Positions 40,457 to 47,984 of a DNA stretch of 64,000 nucleotides are shown one piece after another. Made by a program: the position numbers and the translations under genes. Position 1 is the first letter of the stretch, and the number at the start of each line of letters is the position of its first letter. The notes beneath the pieces are model-generated. The model saw nothing but the letters and a program-made list of their open reading frames with translations, had not been told where the DNA came from and ran no database searches. The DNA comes from a virus: the IMG/VR virus record IMGVR_UViG_3300017917_003339, positions 1-64,000 of that record. One strand, written 5' to 3'.

Positions 40457-40544
40457 CACACCTGACAGGATTCGAACCTGCAATCTGGGGCTATCTAAAA
40501 CGCAAGTGCTGGGTCCCCATGTGATACCCTTTCACTACAAGCAT
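40457..40544 (-). ncRNA. tRNA-like RNA with 24-nt anticodon loop starting ACCCAGCAC
   Basis: D arm GTGA/TCAC, stem TGGGG/CCCCA, T arm GCAGG-TTCGAAT-CCTGT; weak acceptor. Confidence 0.6.
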
Positions 40545-40765
40545 AATACTCACTTCAAGACTACTCAGTACACGTACTAACCATACCTACGCATCTTTTT
40601 ACTCATTTACCATTCTTTACCGCTTTTTCCCAAAATACCTTATCATGCCCTTCCCATGATTTGGTTTTTAAAGCCTTTGCGTTTGATATATTCTGGAATA
40701 CTCACAGCACGCCTTGATAAACTTTCAATCAACTCTCAATATGCTTTTCAACATACCTTTCATAG

Positions 40766-40797
40766 AGCGGATGACGGGATTCGAACCCGCGACCTCT
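40766..40797 (-). pseudogene. 3' half of a disrupted tRNA (Gly-type acceptor)
   Basis: AGGTCGCGGGTTCGAATCCCGTCATCCGCT; complements 5' half at 41334-41361. Confidence 0.75.
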
Positions 40798-40798
40798 G

Positions 40799-40870
40799 AG
40801 CGACTAACCAGAATCGAACTGGCATCCTCGACTTGGCAAGCCGATGCACTAACCGTTGTGCTATAGTCGC
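40799..40870 (-). tRNA. tRNA-Gly(GCC)
   Basis: Cloverleaf; TCGGC-TTGCCAA-GTCGA; U73. Confidence 0.9.
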
Positions 40871-40871
40871 G

Positions 40872-41276
40872 TTATTTTTTTTCTTGTCTCTTTACCCTAC
40901 GTAATTCTCTACCATTACCTTTATTCAGCGCACCAAATGTTGGTGTTAGAGAATGACAATTAGGGCAAAGTAACTTTAAATTATCCAAAGAATTATTATC
41001 AGAATTCCCATCAATATGTTCTAATTGTATTGGAACGTTATTGGTGATTGGGTTTCTTTCATTCCAACCACATTCCATACATTTTTCACCATATTTGAAA
41101 ATTAAATAATTTCGATAATTATTGATATAAAGAGTGGTATCACCTTTTTCAATATTTTCAAATATTAATTTTCTTTTATGTTCACCTTGGCAGTTATTAT
41201 TACAGTATACATTCCTATTAGGGATTTTACCACCGCAATTTAAACATTCTTTTTCTAATTTTTCTCTTTCTCTCAC
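40872..41276 (-). CDS. HNH homing endonuclease (probable GTG start)
   Basis: CMECGW...LEHIDGNSDNNSLDNLKLLCPNCH. Confidence 0.88.
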   Translation of the reverse strand: MREREKLEKECLNCGGKIPNRNVYCNNNCQGEHKRKLIFENIEKGDTTLYINNYRNYLIFKYGEKCMECGWNERNPITNNVPIQLEHIDGNSDNNSLDNLKLLCPNCHSLTPTFGALNKGNGRELRRVKRQEKK

Positions 41277-41333
41277 GGACAACCTTATTTTATTATAAAT
41301 ATCGGTCGTCCGTGAAAAAGTTAAAAAAAATTT

Positions 41334-41361
41334 GGCGCTCAACCAGCCGAGCTCCATCCGC
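41334..41361 (-). pseudogene. 5' half of disrupted tRNA (GCGGATG acceptor plus D arm)
   Basis: GCGGATG-GA-GCTC-GGCTGGTT-GAGC; pairs with CATCCGC at 40767-40773. Confidence 0.75.
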
Positions 41362-41441
41362 AGTTTGTGGCACTCTCGCCACCCGTCACCTTATCCTGTG
41401 TTGTTTAATTTCGGACGTTTAAGGTCACACCGACGTACTTC

Positions 41442-42248
41442 TTACCAATACCACCATTTAGCTTCGTTTCTTGGTCTGTATTTGAACTCGTAGAAGTCTT
41501 GACTCCAAGCACTTGCACAAGCCCAATTGGTCCAATCACTATCGGTGATAAATTCTTTTTCAGACATCTCAACACCTTGTTCTTTATACCACTCATAAGA
41601 GTCGTTAATGAAATCAGTGTTAAGGTTCTTTTGAAGAGCCATTTTATCATTTCTTCTGTTGGCTTTTTTGTATCTTTTCAAAAATCTAGAATAACCGCTG
41701 TCGTTCCATGGTTTCATTCTAACTTCAATAGCCCAGATTTGGTCTTTGATAAAAGCTCTTTCACTTTCCAACTCACCATCTACCACTTTGCGGTGAGTGA
41801 TGTAGCTGTTTTTGATTTTAGTAACCAAGTAGTGTTGTGGGATGTAAGGAACATAGTAACTATATTCTTGTCCCCAAACAAACTCGGTTCTTTTGTGAAG
41901 ATACTCTTGAACCCATGGTAAAAAACCATCGTATTCTTTTTGAGTGACTCTTCTAAAGTATGGTCTTTTGTCCCACACTTTACCTTTTTTGTTTTTGATA
42001 TAGAACTCTTTGGTTCTAGACCAAGTTTCAACTGCAAAGTTGTCAATAAAGTATTGGTATAACCAAGCTACTCTATCTTCTCGTTTTGCAACATCTTCTC
42101 TTAGAGTTAAGAAAGCGTTGTAACCGTGATGTACTGGTTTTTCAAGCTCAACATAACCTAAATTTCTGATGGCTTGGATAAGCTCATCTTCTCTTTCGCG
42201 TAACGCTAATAAGCGTTTGTAATCTTTGTGTTTTGTGTTTTTACTCAT
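41442..42248 (-). CDS. Hypothetical basic/aromatic protein
   Basis: 268-aa ORF on coding strand. Confidence 0.6.
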   Translation of the reverse strand: MSKNTKHKDYKRLLALREREDELIQAIRNLGYVELEKPVHHGYNAFLTLREDVAKREDRVAWLYQYFIDNFAVETWSRTKEFYIKNKKGKVWDKRPYFRRVTQKEYDGFLPWVQEYLHKRTEFVWGQEYSYYVPYIPQHYLVTKIKNSYITHRKVVDGELESERAFIKDQIWAIEVRMKPWNDSGYSRFLKRYKKANRRNDKMALQKNLNTDFINDSYEWYKEQGVEMSEKEFITDSDWTNWACASAWSQDFYEFKYRPRNEAKWWYW

Positions 42249-42312
42249 TGTTCTCGGTGTTGGTAATTAGTACCTTACCACCTCGAACCTTTAAAAATTG
42301 CCATCATAGTTT

Positions 42313-42579
42313 TTATTTTAAATCAATTTTACCAACTATTGTAAAACCCTTAGGTTTCCATCTTTCTTTTTCTTTGTCACTTATTGTGTTGCCGTTTTTA
42401 CCGACATGAAATTTATGACAAGACTTGCATTTATACGCCACCACTTTGAATTTTCTTTCAGGTAGTGCGTTCACACTCTTAGCGTGCTTGATAGCTTGCT
42501 CAAGTGTGTCGAAGGCTTTTTTAGGTTTATCAACCAATTGACCGTTTATTCTACTTACTACTTGAGTTGTGCAATCCAT
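42313..42579 (-). CDS. Small Zn-finger-like protein
   Basis: YKCKSCHKFHVG. Confidence 0.55.
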   Translation of the reverse strand: MDCTTQVVSRINGQLVDKPKKAFDTLEQAIKHAKSVNALPERKFKVVAYKCKSCHKFHVGKNGNTISDKEKERWKPKGFTIVGKIDLK

Positions 42580-42806
42580 TATGAATTTTCTTTGATGTAT
42601 CTTCTGATTACCGCTTCGCAATCACGCTCAACATCTGGTTGTTTTCTTTTTTTCTTTTGACTTTCCCATTTGTCTTTCTCAACTTCTTTGAAAAACAAAT
42701 CATCAAAAATTTCTACATAACCAATAATTTTATCTTGATAAAGAATATATGTTAAATTGTTGGTTGAATAGAATTTTGGTACGATTCTGAAATCTTCTCT
42801 ATTCAT
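42579..42806 (-). CDS. Hypothetical protein
   Basis: ORF after host-type promoter. Confidence 0.5.
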   Translation of the reverse strand: MNREDFRIVPKFYSTNNLTYILYQDKIIGYVEIFDDLFFKEVEKDKWESQKKKRKQPDVERDCEAVIRRYIKENS

Positions 42807-42845
42807 AATATTTACGTTTTATGATGCAAATATACGAATTATTTT

Positions 42846-43115
42846 TTAAATACCAAAATTTTCTTCACCCATTTTTTTTATTAACACAGCTTCAGAAATA
42901 GCATGTTTAGCATCTTCTAAATCCTTGGCAAATGTAACAACCTCACCATCCCATAGGGTTATTTTAATATAACCATCTTCACCCTTTTCAATGACAGTGT
43001 TTTTCATATCTTCAACCATCTTAGCCAATCGTCTATTTCTACTTTCCCAGTCTCTGAGAAATCTTTTCTTTCCTTCTTCGGTCATAAAACGACCAGTAAA
43101 ACTTAACCCTTTCAT
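42846..43115 (-). CDS. Hypothetical protein
   Basis: ORF after tRNA array. Confidence 0.5.
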   Translation of the reverse strand: MKGLSFTGRFMTEEGKKRFLRDWESRNRRLAKMVEDMKNTVIEKGEDGYIKITLWDGEVVTFAKDLEDAKHAISEAVLIKKMGEENFGI

Positions 43116-43134
43116 AATACTTAAATTTAATTTG

Positions 43135-43207
43135 AGCACTAGACGGGCCTCGAACCCATGACCTCTCCCATACCAAGGGAGTGTTCTGCCTACTGAACTA
43201 CAAGTGC
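43135..43207 (-). tRNA. tRNA-Thr(GGT)
   Basis: CTCCC-TTGGTAT-GGGAG. Confidence 0.88.
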
Positions 43208-43213
43208 ATTTAG

Positions 43214-43287
43214 AGCCTCCGACAGGAATCGAACCTGCGACCTTCTCCTTACAAGGGAGTTGCTCTGGCCTGCTGAGCTACGGAGGC
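43214..43287 (-). tRNA. tRNA-Thr(TGT)
   Basis: CTCC-CTTGTAA-GGAG. Confidence 0.9.
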
Positions 43288-43351
43288 ATAACGGCCTATA
43301 ACGTTTGCCATTCGGTGCATTTTGTTTCTCGCAGAACACTTACTGCTTGTG

Positions 43352-43434
43352 TGAGAGTAGTAGGATTCGAACCTACTCAGGCATAGCCAACGGTTTTACA
43401 GACCGCCCCAGCTCTCCAACTCTGGCGTACTCCC
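43352..43434 (-). tRNA. tRNA-Tyr(GTA)
   Basis: GCGGT-CTGTAAA-ACCGT with long variable arm. Confidence 0.9.
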
Positions 43435-43443
43435 AATATTTAG

Positions 43444-43522
43444 TGGGCCTAGTAGGAATCGAACCTACAAGAATTAACACGATTTTACAGACCGCTGAGC
43501 TCACCACCTGCTCAATAGACCC
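43444..43522 (-). tRNA. tRNA-Tyr(GTA)
   Basis: GCGGT-CTGTAAA-ATCGT. Confidence 0.85.
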
Positions 43523-43527
43523 AAGTT

Positions 43528-43589
43528 CAGGGTGGTGTATCGGTTTCAAATTAAAAGTTTGATGATAATGATTGCTGAAACCACCCTTT
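43528..43589 (-). ncRNA. Helix+CAGCAA RNA presenting an isolated Lys(TTT) anticodon stem-loop
   Basis: AGGGTGGT-TTCAGCAA...TCAAA-CTTTTAA-TTTGA...ACCACCCT-G. Confidence 0.7.
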
Positions 43590-43591
43590 AG

Positions 43592-43663
43592 TTGGAGGAT
43601 AGGGACTCGAACCCTAAAAACGACAGTCAAAGTGTCGTATGTTGCCAATTACATCATCCTCCA
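43592..43663 (-). tRNA. tRNA-Gln(TTG)
   Basis: CGACA-CTTTGAC-TGTCG. Confidence 0.88.
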
Positions 43664-43672
43664 ATATGTTAG

Positions 43673-43754
43673 TTGGGAAAGAGGGACTCGAACCCCCATG
43701 TACTTCGCGTCTTCTGGCTCAAAACCAGAGGTGTTACCATTACACCATTTCCCA
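43673..43754 (-). tRNA. tRNA-Gln(TTG) with long variable region
   Basis: TCTGG-TTTTGAG-CCAGA; 15-nt variable region. Confidence 0.8.
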
Positions 43755-43812
43755 AAATTTCTAATTCTATGCTTGTCCTCACGCAACTCTATGAATTAGT
43801 AACAGTCTCATC
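43755..43812 (-). repeat. Conserved inter-tRNA element, copy 1
   Basis: GATGAGACTGTTA-CTAATTC-ATAG..GCATA-GAATTAG-AAATTT. Confidence 0.8.
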
Positions 43813-43817
43813 AACTG

Positions 43818-43890
43818 AGCGGAAGACGGGACTCGAACCCGCAACCCCCGACTTGGAAGGACGGTGCTCTACCAATTGAGCTACTTCCGC
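43818..43890 (-). tRNA. tRNA-Gly(TCC)
   Basis: GCGGAAG acceptor; loop CTTCCAA. Confidence 0.9.
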
Positions 43891-43952
43891 AAATTTTTAA
43901 TTCTATGCAGACACTTACAAATGGGCCCCTATGAATTAATAACAGTCTCTTC
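43891..43952 (-). repeat. Conserved inter-tRNA element, copy 2
   Basis: GAAGAGACTGTTA-TTAATTC-ATAG..GCATA-GAATTAA-AAATTT. Confidence 0.8.
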
Positions 43953-43955
43953 TCG

Positions 43956-44031
43956 TCGGGATGACTGGACTCGAACCAGCATGATGTCCTGCTCCCAAAG
44001 CAGGCGACTTAACCAATTAGTCCACATCCCG
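43956..44031 (-). tRNA. tRNA-Pro(TGG)
   Basis: CCTGC-TTTGGGA-GCAGG; C1-G72, A73. Confidence 0.9.
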
Positions 44032-44568
44032 TTTAAATTTTTCTACATATTCTAAAACCGTTTCTTCTATTAAATTTCTATACCTACTATGCCAATAAGC
44101 ATGATGTGTTGCACATAGAGGTATTAAATTCTCAGGTTTATTATTGTTTCTATCCCCATCTAAATGGTGAACATCTAACAATAATTTTTCATCACAAACA
44201 ACACATTTATGTTCGTGGTGTAAGAAACATGTTGACCTGTATGCATGTTCTTTCCAGTTTGGGTTTTTATCACCACTTCTAAAGAAAGAGTTTGCACAAG
44301 CATGAGAACATGTAATTTTTTCTCTTTTTGAACCTGATTGAGTTTCAAATTCATTCTCACAAACAGGACAAATTTTAATTATTCGTTCATATTTGAGAAA
44401 ATGTTTTTTCTTTCTATTAGGTTCAAATTTTAAACCATTTATTTCAAATAACGCATCTAACTTTTTATACCCAGCACCATTATTGCTGATATTTAACCTT
44501 TTACAAGCTTCATTTTTAGAACTACATTCTAGTATAATTTTTTCTAATTCTTCTTTTTCGATATTCAT
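44017..44568 (-). CDS. HNH homing endonuclease
   Basis: CPVC, CSHAC, CVVC..DVHHLDGDRNNNKPENLIPLCATHH; stop lies inside tRNA-Pro. Confidence 0.88.
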   Translation of the reverse strand: MNIEKEELEKIILECSSKNEACKRLNISNNGAGYKKLDALFEINGLKFEPNRKKKHFLKYERIIKICPVCENEFETQSGSKREKITCSHACANSFFRSGDKNPNWKEHAYRSTCFLHHEHKCVVCDEKLLLDVHHLDGDRNNNKPENLIPLCATHHAYWHSRYRNLIEETVLEYVEKFKRDVD

Positions 44569-44631
44569 AACTTATTTTTATTATAAATATCATCAAATGT
44601 CGAAAAAATCACTTTTGGGAAATTTTATTTT

Positions 44632-44675
44632 CTGCATCCCAAATGCAGCGGATTAGCCAACTTTCCCACTACCCG
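44632..44675 (-). pseudogene. Truncated tRNA-Pro(TGG), 5' two-thirds only
   Basis: CGGGTAG, D arm, CTGCA-TTTGGGA-TGCAG, then no T arm. Confidence 0.8.
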
Positions 44676-44684
44676 TAATATTTG

Positions 44685-44758
44685 TACCCCCGAAGGGACT
44701 CGAACCCATGACCCCCCGCTTAAAAGGCGGGTGCTCTAACCAACTGAGCTACGAAGGC
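44685..44758 (-). tRNA. tRNA-Lys(TTT)
   Basis: CCCGC-CTTTTAA-GCGGG. Confidence 0.9.
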
Positions 44759-44763
44759 ATTTG

Positions 44764-44836
44764 TTCCCCCGACGGGCCTCGAACCCGCTACCCACTGGTT
44801 AAAAGCCAGTTGCCCGTCCACATGAGCTTCGAAGGA
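44764..44836 (-). tRNA. tRNA-Lys(TTT)
   Basis: ACTGG-CTTTTAA-CCAGT. Confidence 0.88.
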
Positions 44837-44853
44837 ATTTATATTTCTATTTG

Positions 44854-44925
44854 TTCCCCCGCCCAGAGTCGAACTGGATTCCGTAGATTAAAAGTCTACT
44901 GCATCACCACCAATGCTTCGAGGGA
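44854..44925 (-). tRNA. tRNA-Lys(TTT)
   Basis: GTAGA-CTTTTAA-TCTAC. Confidence 0.85.
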
Positions 44926-45009
44926 ATATGTATCTTGCCCCTCAAAACATTGAGGGAATTACTGTTTACTCTTTATCTTCTTTATTGTTTTCATTGTTTT
45001 TATTTTATT

Positions 45010-45087
45010 TGGCCTCCCAGAAGGATTCGAACCTTCCATCCATAAGCCCCCAATGGGCTGCGCTTTTCCTACTAAGCTATGGGACGC
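45010..45087 (-). ncRNA. Atypical tRNA-like gene (loop CATTGGG; Gln/Pro-like)
   Basis: D and T arms intact, CCA encoded; non-canonical anticodon loop and acceptor top. Confidence 0.55.
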
Positions 45088-45101
45088 ATATTTTATTTTT
45101 G

Positions 45102-45196
45102 TCTGGTAAACAGGATTCGAACCTGTGGTAGACACTACCTTTGTGCCCACATCGGATTCCAAGTCCGACCGCTTAAACCATCTCGCGCATTACCAG
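45102..45196 (-). tRNA. tRNA-Pro(TGG) with long (class II-like) variable arm
   Basis: CTGGTAA/TTACCAG, A73; TCGGA-CTTGGAA-TCCGA; 25-nt variable arm. Confidence 0.75.
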
Positions 45197-45210
45197 TTAT
45201 TTTGTTGCAT

Positions 45211-45246
45211 AAAAAAACCCAGTTTAGATTTTACTCTGAACTGGGT
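45211..45246 (-). terminator. Attenuator terminator A
   Basis: ACCCAGTTCAGA-GTAAAA-TCTAAACTGGGT-TTTTTT just 5' of first tRNA. Confidence 0.88.
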
Positions 45247-45271
45247 CTATAATTTGTACTTGCGTACTTTA

Positions 45272-45373
45272 TTATATTGTTGTCAAGTCTGAAAACATGA
45301 CATACCCAGTCGACCTGAACGGTTTCCCGCCCTTAGGTTGATATTGCGTTTGATATGTTTTAGTTGTTTTCAT
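45272..45373 (-). CDS. Leader peptide A (33 aa) MKTTKTYQTQYQPKGGKPFRSTGYVMFSDLTTI
   Basis: Manual translation; codons 2-18 encode only K,T,Y,Q,P,G; contains antiterminator GACTGGGT. Confidence 0.85.
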   Translation of the reverse strand: MKTTKTYQTQYQPKGGKPFRSTGYVMFSDLTTI

Positions 45374-45390
45374 AACTTTGTTTTTTGTTT

Positions 45391-45481
45391 TGTTTATAAA
45401 TATGTTGTTTTTTAAAAAAATTCTGTTTTTGTTTATTAATTTTTACAATGCAAAGATACTAACTATTATAATACAAGTCAA
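45391..45481 (-). promoter_or_regulatory. Dual promoter of leader A: host-type TTGAC..TATCTTTG and phage ACATATTTATAAAC motif
   Basis: TATCTTTG at 45451-45458, TATTTATA at 45395-45402; homologous to 61925-62015. Confidence 0.7.
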
Positions 45482-45515
45482 GTTTTTTTGTAAAAAAATT
45501 TAAAATATTTTATAA

Positions 45516-45995
45516 CTACTTGAATTTCAGTTTAATATCCATTGAAATTTTTTCTGGCGCTGGGGTTGAACCACCGAAATATGGGTTTAATTGGTATCTT
45601 ACAAAATCCCATGATGAGGTTCTTTTTGCCGCCACAACTGATTTATTGATTCTTATCTTGTAATAATCGTCAAGAATATCAATTGCAAAATAGTGTTGTT
45701 TGTTAGGTTCCACGTGTGTTATTGCAAACACACTTCTAACGGTATTGTTGTAAATTATCCCAACTATCTCAACCATGTCTGGATATCTTGGGTTGTATCT
45801 CCAACCGATTCTAACGCTATCAATATGGTGTGACCAGCTATCTGATAACCCAATTAGTTTGTTTGAATCCTTTTGTTTTGGTATTGAATACTTGTAACCA
45901 TCTATAAAGGTAAAGACCCCACTTATGGAGTCTTTGATAGTGAACGTTGGAATCAACGTACTTCTATGTTTACCTTTATTGATAGTGTATATCAT
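45516..45995 (-). CDS. Hypothetical protein (possible beta-sandwich)
   Basis: ORF on coding strand; PYFGG motif. Confidence 0.5.
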   Translation of the reverse strand: MIYTINKGKHRSTLIPTFTIKDSISGVFTFIDGYKYSIPKQKDSNKLIGLSDSWSHHIDSVRIGWRYNPRYPDMVEIVGIIYNNTVRSVFAITHVEPNKQHYFAIDILDDYYKIRINKSVVAAKRTSSWDFVRYQLNPYFGGSTPAPEKISMDIKLKFK

Positions 45996-46168
45996 TTTCT
46001 TCTGTAAGAGTTTATCGCAAAATATGTTAGTGCTATAAAGCTGTAACCGATGTATAGACCACAAGGGATTGTTATAAATTTAGACCAAGCTTCATCTTGG
46101 AAAAGAAGACCTACAAAACCTAGTATGGCCGATGTTACTAATAAATATAAATTTACTTTCATTTATTT

Positions 46169-46609
46169 TTATTTTTTTGCTTTATTAGCGTTTCGCTTTG
46201 CGATTCTATCTCTTAGCTTTGCCGCCAACTCGTAATTTTCTTCTTTAACCGCAGTTTCCAATTGTTGTTCCAATGGGATTCTAGGTTTCTTGGTGTTTGT
46301 TTTGTTTTTTGATTCAGAAAACGGAACATCTGATATAACCGTCTTAATAATTTTACCGTGTTGTGTTTCCCAAATTCTTTTTTGGTAATACATACCACCT
46401 TCCTCATAGCTTTCCACCTTGTCTGGCTCACCCAAAGAAGAATCAAAATTCTTAAGAGCCTTAATGTGGTCAAAAATGTCTCTGTCGCTGATATCACCAT
46501 TATCGTTTAACTTATTAAAAAGTTTATCCATAAAGTTTTCAGCCTCGTTTTTTTTATTGTTTGACTTATCATTCATAAAGTCATTGAACAATGAATCGAA
46601 ATCACTCAT
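46169..46609 (-). CDS. UvrB/UvrC-motif protein
   Basis: LEQQLETAVKEENYELAAKLRDRI. Confidence 0.75.
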   Translation of the reverse strand: MSDFDSLFNDFMNDKSNNKKNEAENFMDKLFNKLNDNGDISDRDIFDHIKALKNFDSSLGEPDKVESYEEGGMYYQKRIWETQHGKIIKTVISDVPFSESKNKTNTKKPRIPLEQQLETAVKEENYELAAKLRDRIAKRNANKAKK

Positions 46610-47034
46610 TTTTTAGCAGATTTATTTGTTAGTTTCTTTTTTGTTTTAATAGTACTGTATTTTAGAATTCTATAAACATTTATCTTTGACAAATAAATGA
46701 ATAAACCGAAAAATACTGTAGCCAAAAAATACATTATTGACATTGTGTACCAATAGTTTTGTGTTAGTTGGTTTATACCGTAAACAACCCAATCGTAACC
46801 TAACGGATTTAAAAATAACCCTACCGTTACCAACATGTTGCCTACAGCTCTTTTGTTTGTTTTAAAGAAGTAGTAAGACAAGGATAACGCTAACAGCGCC
46901 AACCCATATAGAACGTACATTGTACTCCAATAATCGTTGGTCAATTGAGTCAGTTTGTATACCAAAATATCGAACCCAAAAGGGTTTAGAAAGGTCGCCA
47001 TCATCAAGCTGGCTGTCGCCATTTTCTTTCTCAT
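46606..47034 (-). CDS. Membrane protein with internal duplication
   Basis: FLNPFGFD..LTNDYWSTM and FLNPLGYD..LTQNYWYTM. Confidence 0.65.
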   Translation of the reverse strand: MRKKMATASLMMATFLNPFGFDILVYKLTQLTNDYWSTMYVLYGLALLALSLSYYFFKTNKRAVGNMLVTVGLFLNPLGYDWVVYGINQLTQNYWYTMSIMYFLATVFFGLFIYLSKINVYRILKYSTIKTKKKLTNKSAKK

Positions 47035-47151
47035 TCCTGTAACTATCACCTTCCATACATTTGTGTTTAATGACATGTCGGGTAACACATCATATTGTTA
47101 CCCAACATCTTATTTTATTATAAATATACTGAAATATTTATTTTTGTCAAC

Positions 47152-47973
47152 TTATGAGTTTAACAAAATTTCTTTCATTTCAGTCACTAACTTTCTATGA
47201 CCCTCACCGTACTGTGTCCAAGCCAACCCCATTTGTTTTAGGTCATAGTGTTTCAATACTGTACTGTAGTCTTCAACACCCTCTGGTCTACCGATGATAT
47301 AGATACTGTCAGCTAATTCAGCCGCAAGTCTAATATCGTGTGTTGAGAACATAATGGTGTTAGACTCATGTGCAGCACCAATTCTTTCAAAGGATTGTTT
47401 AACCTTTTCAATGTTACCAACATCCAAACCAGAGAATGGTTCATCAAGAATCATAAAGTGTTTGTTGGTAAGCATTTGCTCAATAATCGCTGTGCGCTGT
47501 CTTTGACCACCCGACAATTCACAAGGGTATTTGTCTTTGTGTTCTAACAACCCCCATTCAGTTAAGTAATCCGTGATGATTGTGTCCTTTTCAGCTTTTG
47601 ATAAGTTTGATTTACGCATAGCGTATTGACAAATCTGAGTCACGGTCTTGTGTCTGAAAAGCGTGTATTTTTGGTCCACAAAACCTACATCACCCTCATC
47701 AAGTTGTTTGGCATCATTCACATCGTCTGTGTTCATGTTGGCCAAAAGGATTTGGCCAGATATTGGTTTTAACAACCCAGTTAACACTTTAAACAATGTT
47801 GATTTACCACGTCCAGAACGACCTAATACTGCAATCACTTGACCAGTTGAGTCGATGTCTTTTCTGATAACATTCTTTTCAATAATGCTAATGTCTTTGA
47901 TGATAACCTTACCATCGTAGCCAGCGCTTACGTTATCAACGTATAATAGCGTTTCATTTGTTGTATATGGCAT
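47152..47973 (-). CDS. ABC transporter ATP-binding protein (TauB/SsuB-like)
   Basis: GRSGRGKST, LSGGQRQR, LDEPFSGLD, THD. Confidence 0.92.
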   Translation of the reverse strand: MPYTTNETLLYVDNVSAGYDGKVIIKDISIIEKNVIRKDIDSTGQVIAVLGRSGRGKSTLFKVLTGLLKPISGQILLANMNTDDVNDAKQLDEGDVGFVDQKYTLFRHKTVTQICQYAMRKSNLSKAEKDTIITDYLTEWGLLEHKDKYPCELSGGQRQRTAIIEQMLTNKHFMILDEPFSGLDVGNIEKVKQSFERIGAAHESNTIMFSTHDIRLAAELADSIYIIGRPEGVEDYSTVLKHYDLKQMGLAWTQYGEGHRKLVTEMKEILLNS

Positions 47974-47984
47974 AATTCTTAGTT

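Noticed and set aside
40561-40763. Chain of micro-ORFs with overlapping NTGA start/stops, or one frame with TGA read-through
   Set aside because: Both readings are possible by chance; no homology or other evidence, and the rest of the window uses the standard code.
42248-42310. Short ORF MMAIFKGSRW with hairpin upstream of 41442-42248
   Set aside because: No terminator or codon bias supporting attenuation; too little evidence.
43755-43815. Hammerhead or HDV-like (theta) ribozyme for the inter-tRNA repeat
   Set aside because: No intact CUGAUGA core in the copies and no P1 partner for an HDV fold; kept only as an unknown motif.
43204-45162. ORFs of 60-90 aa across tRNA arrays (also 60181-60492, 62805-62990, 63251-63523)
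   Set aside because: They overlap tRNA genes and arise from GC-richer tRNA sequence.
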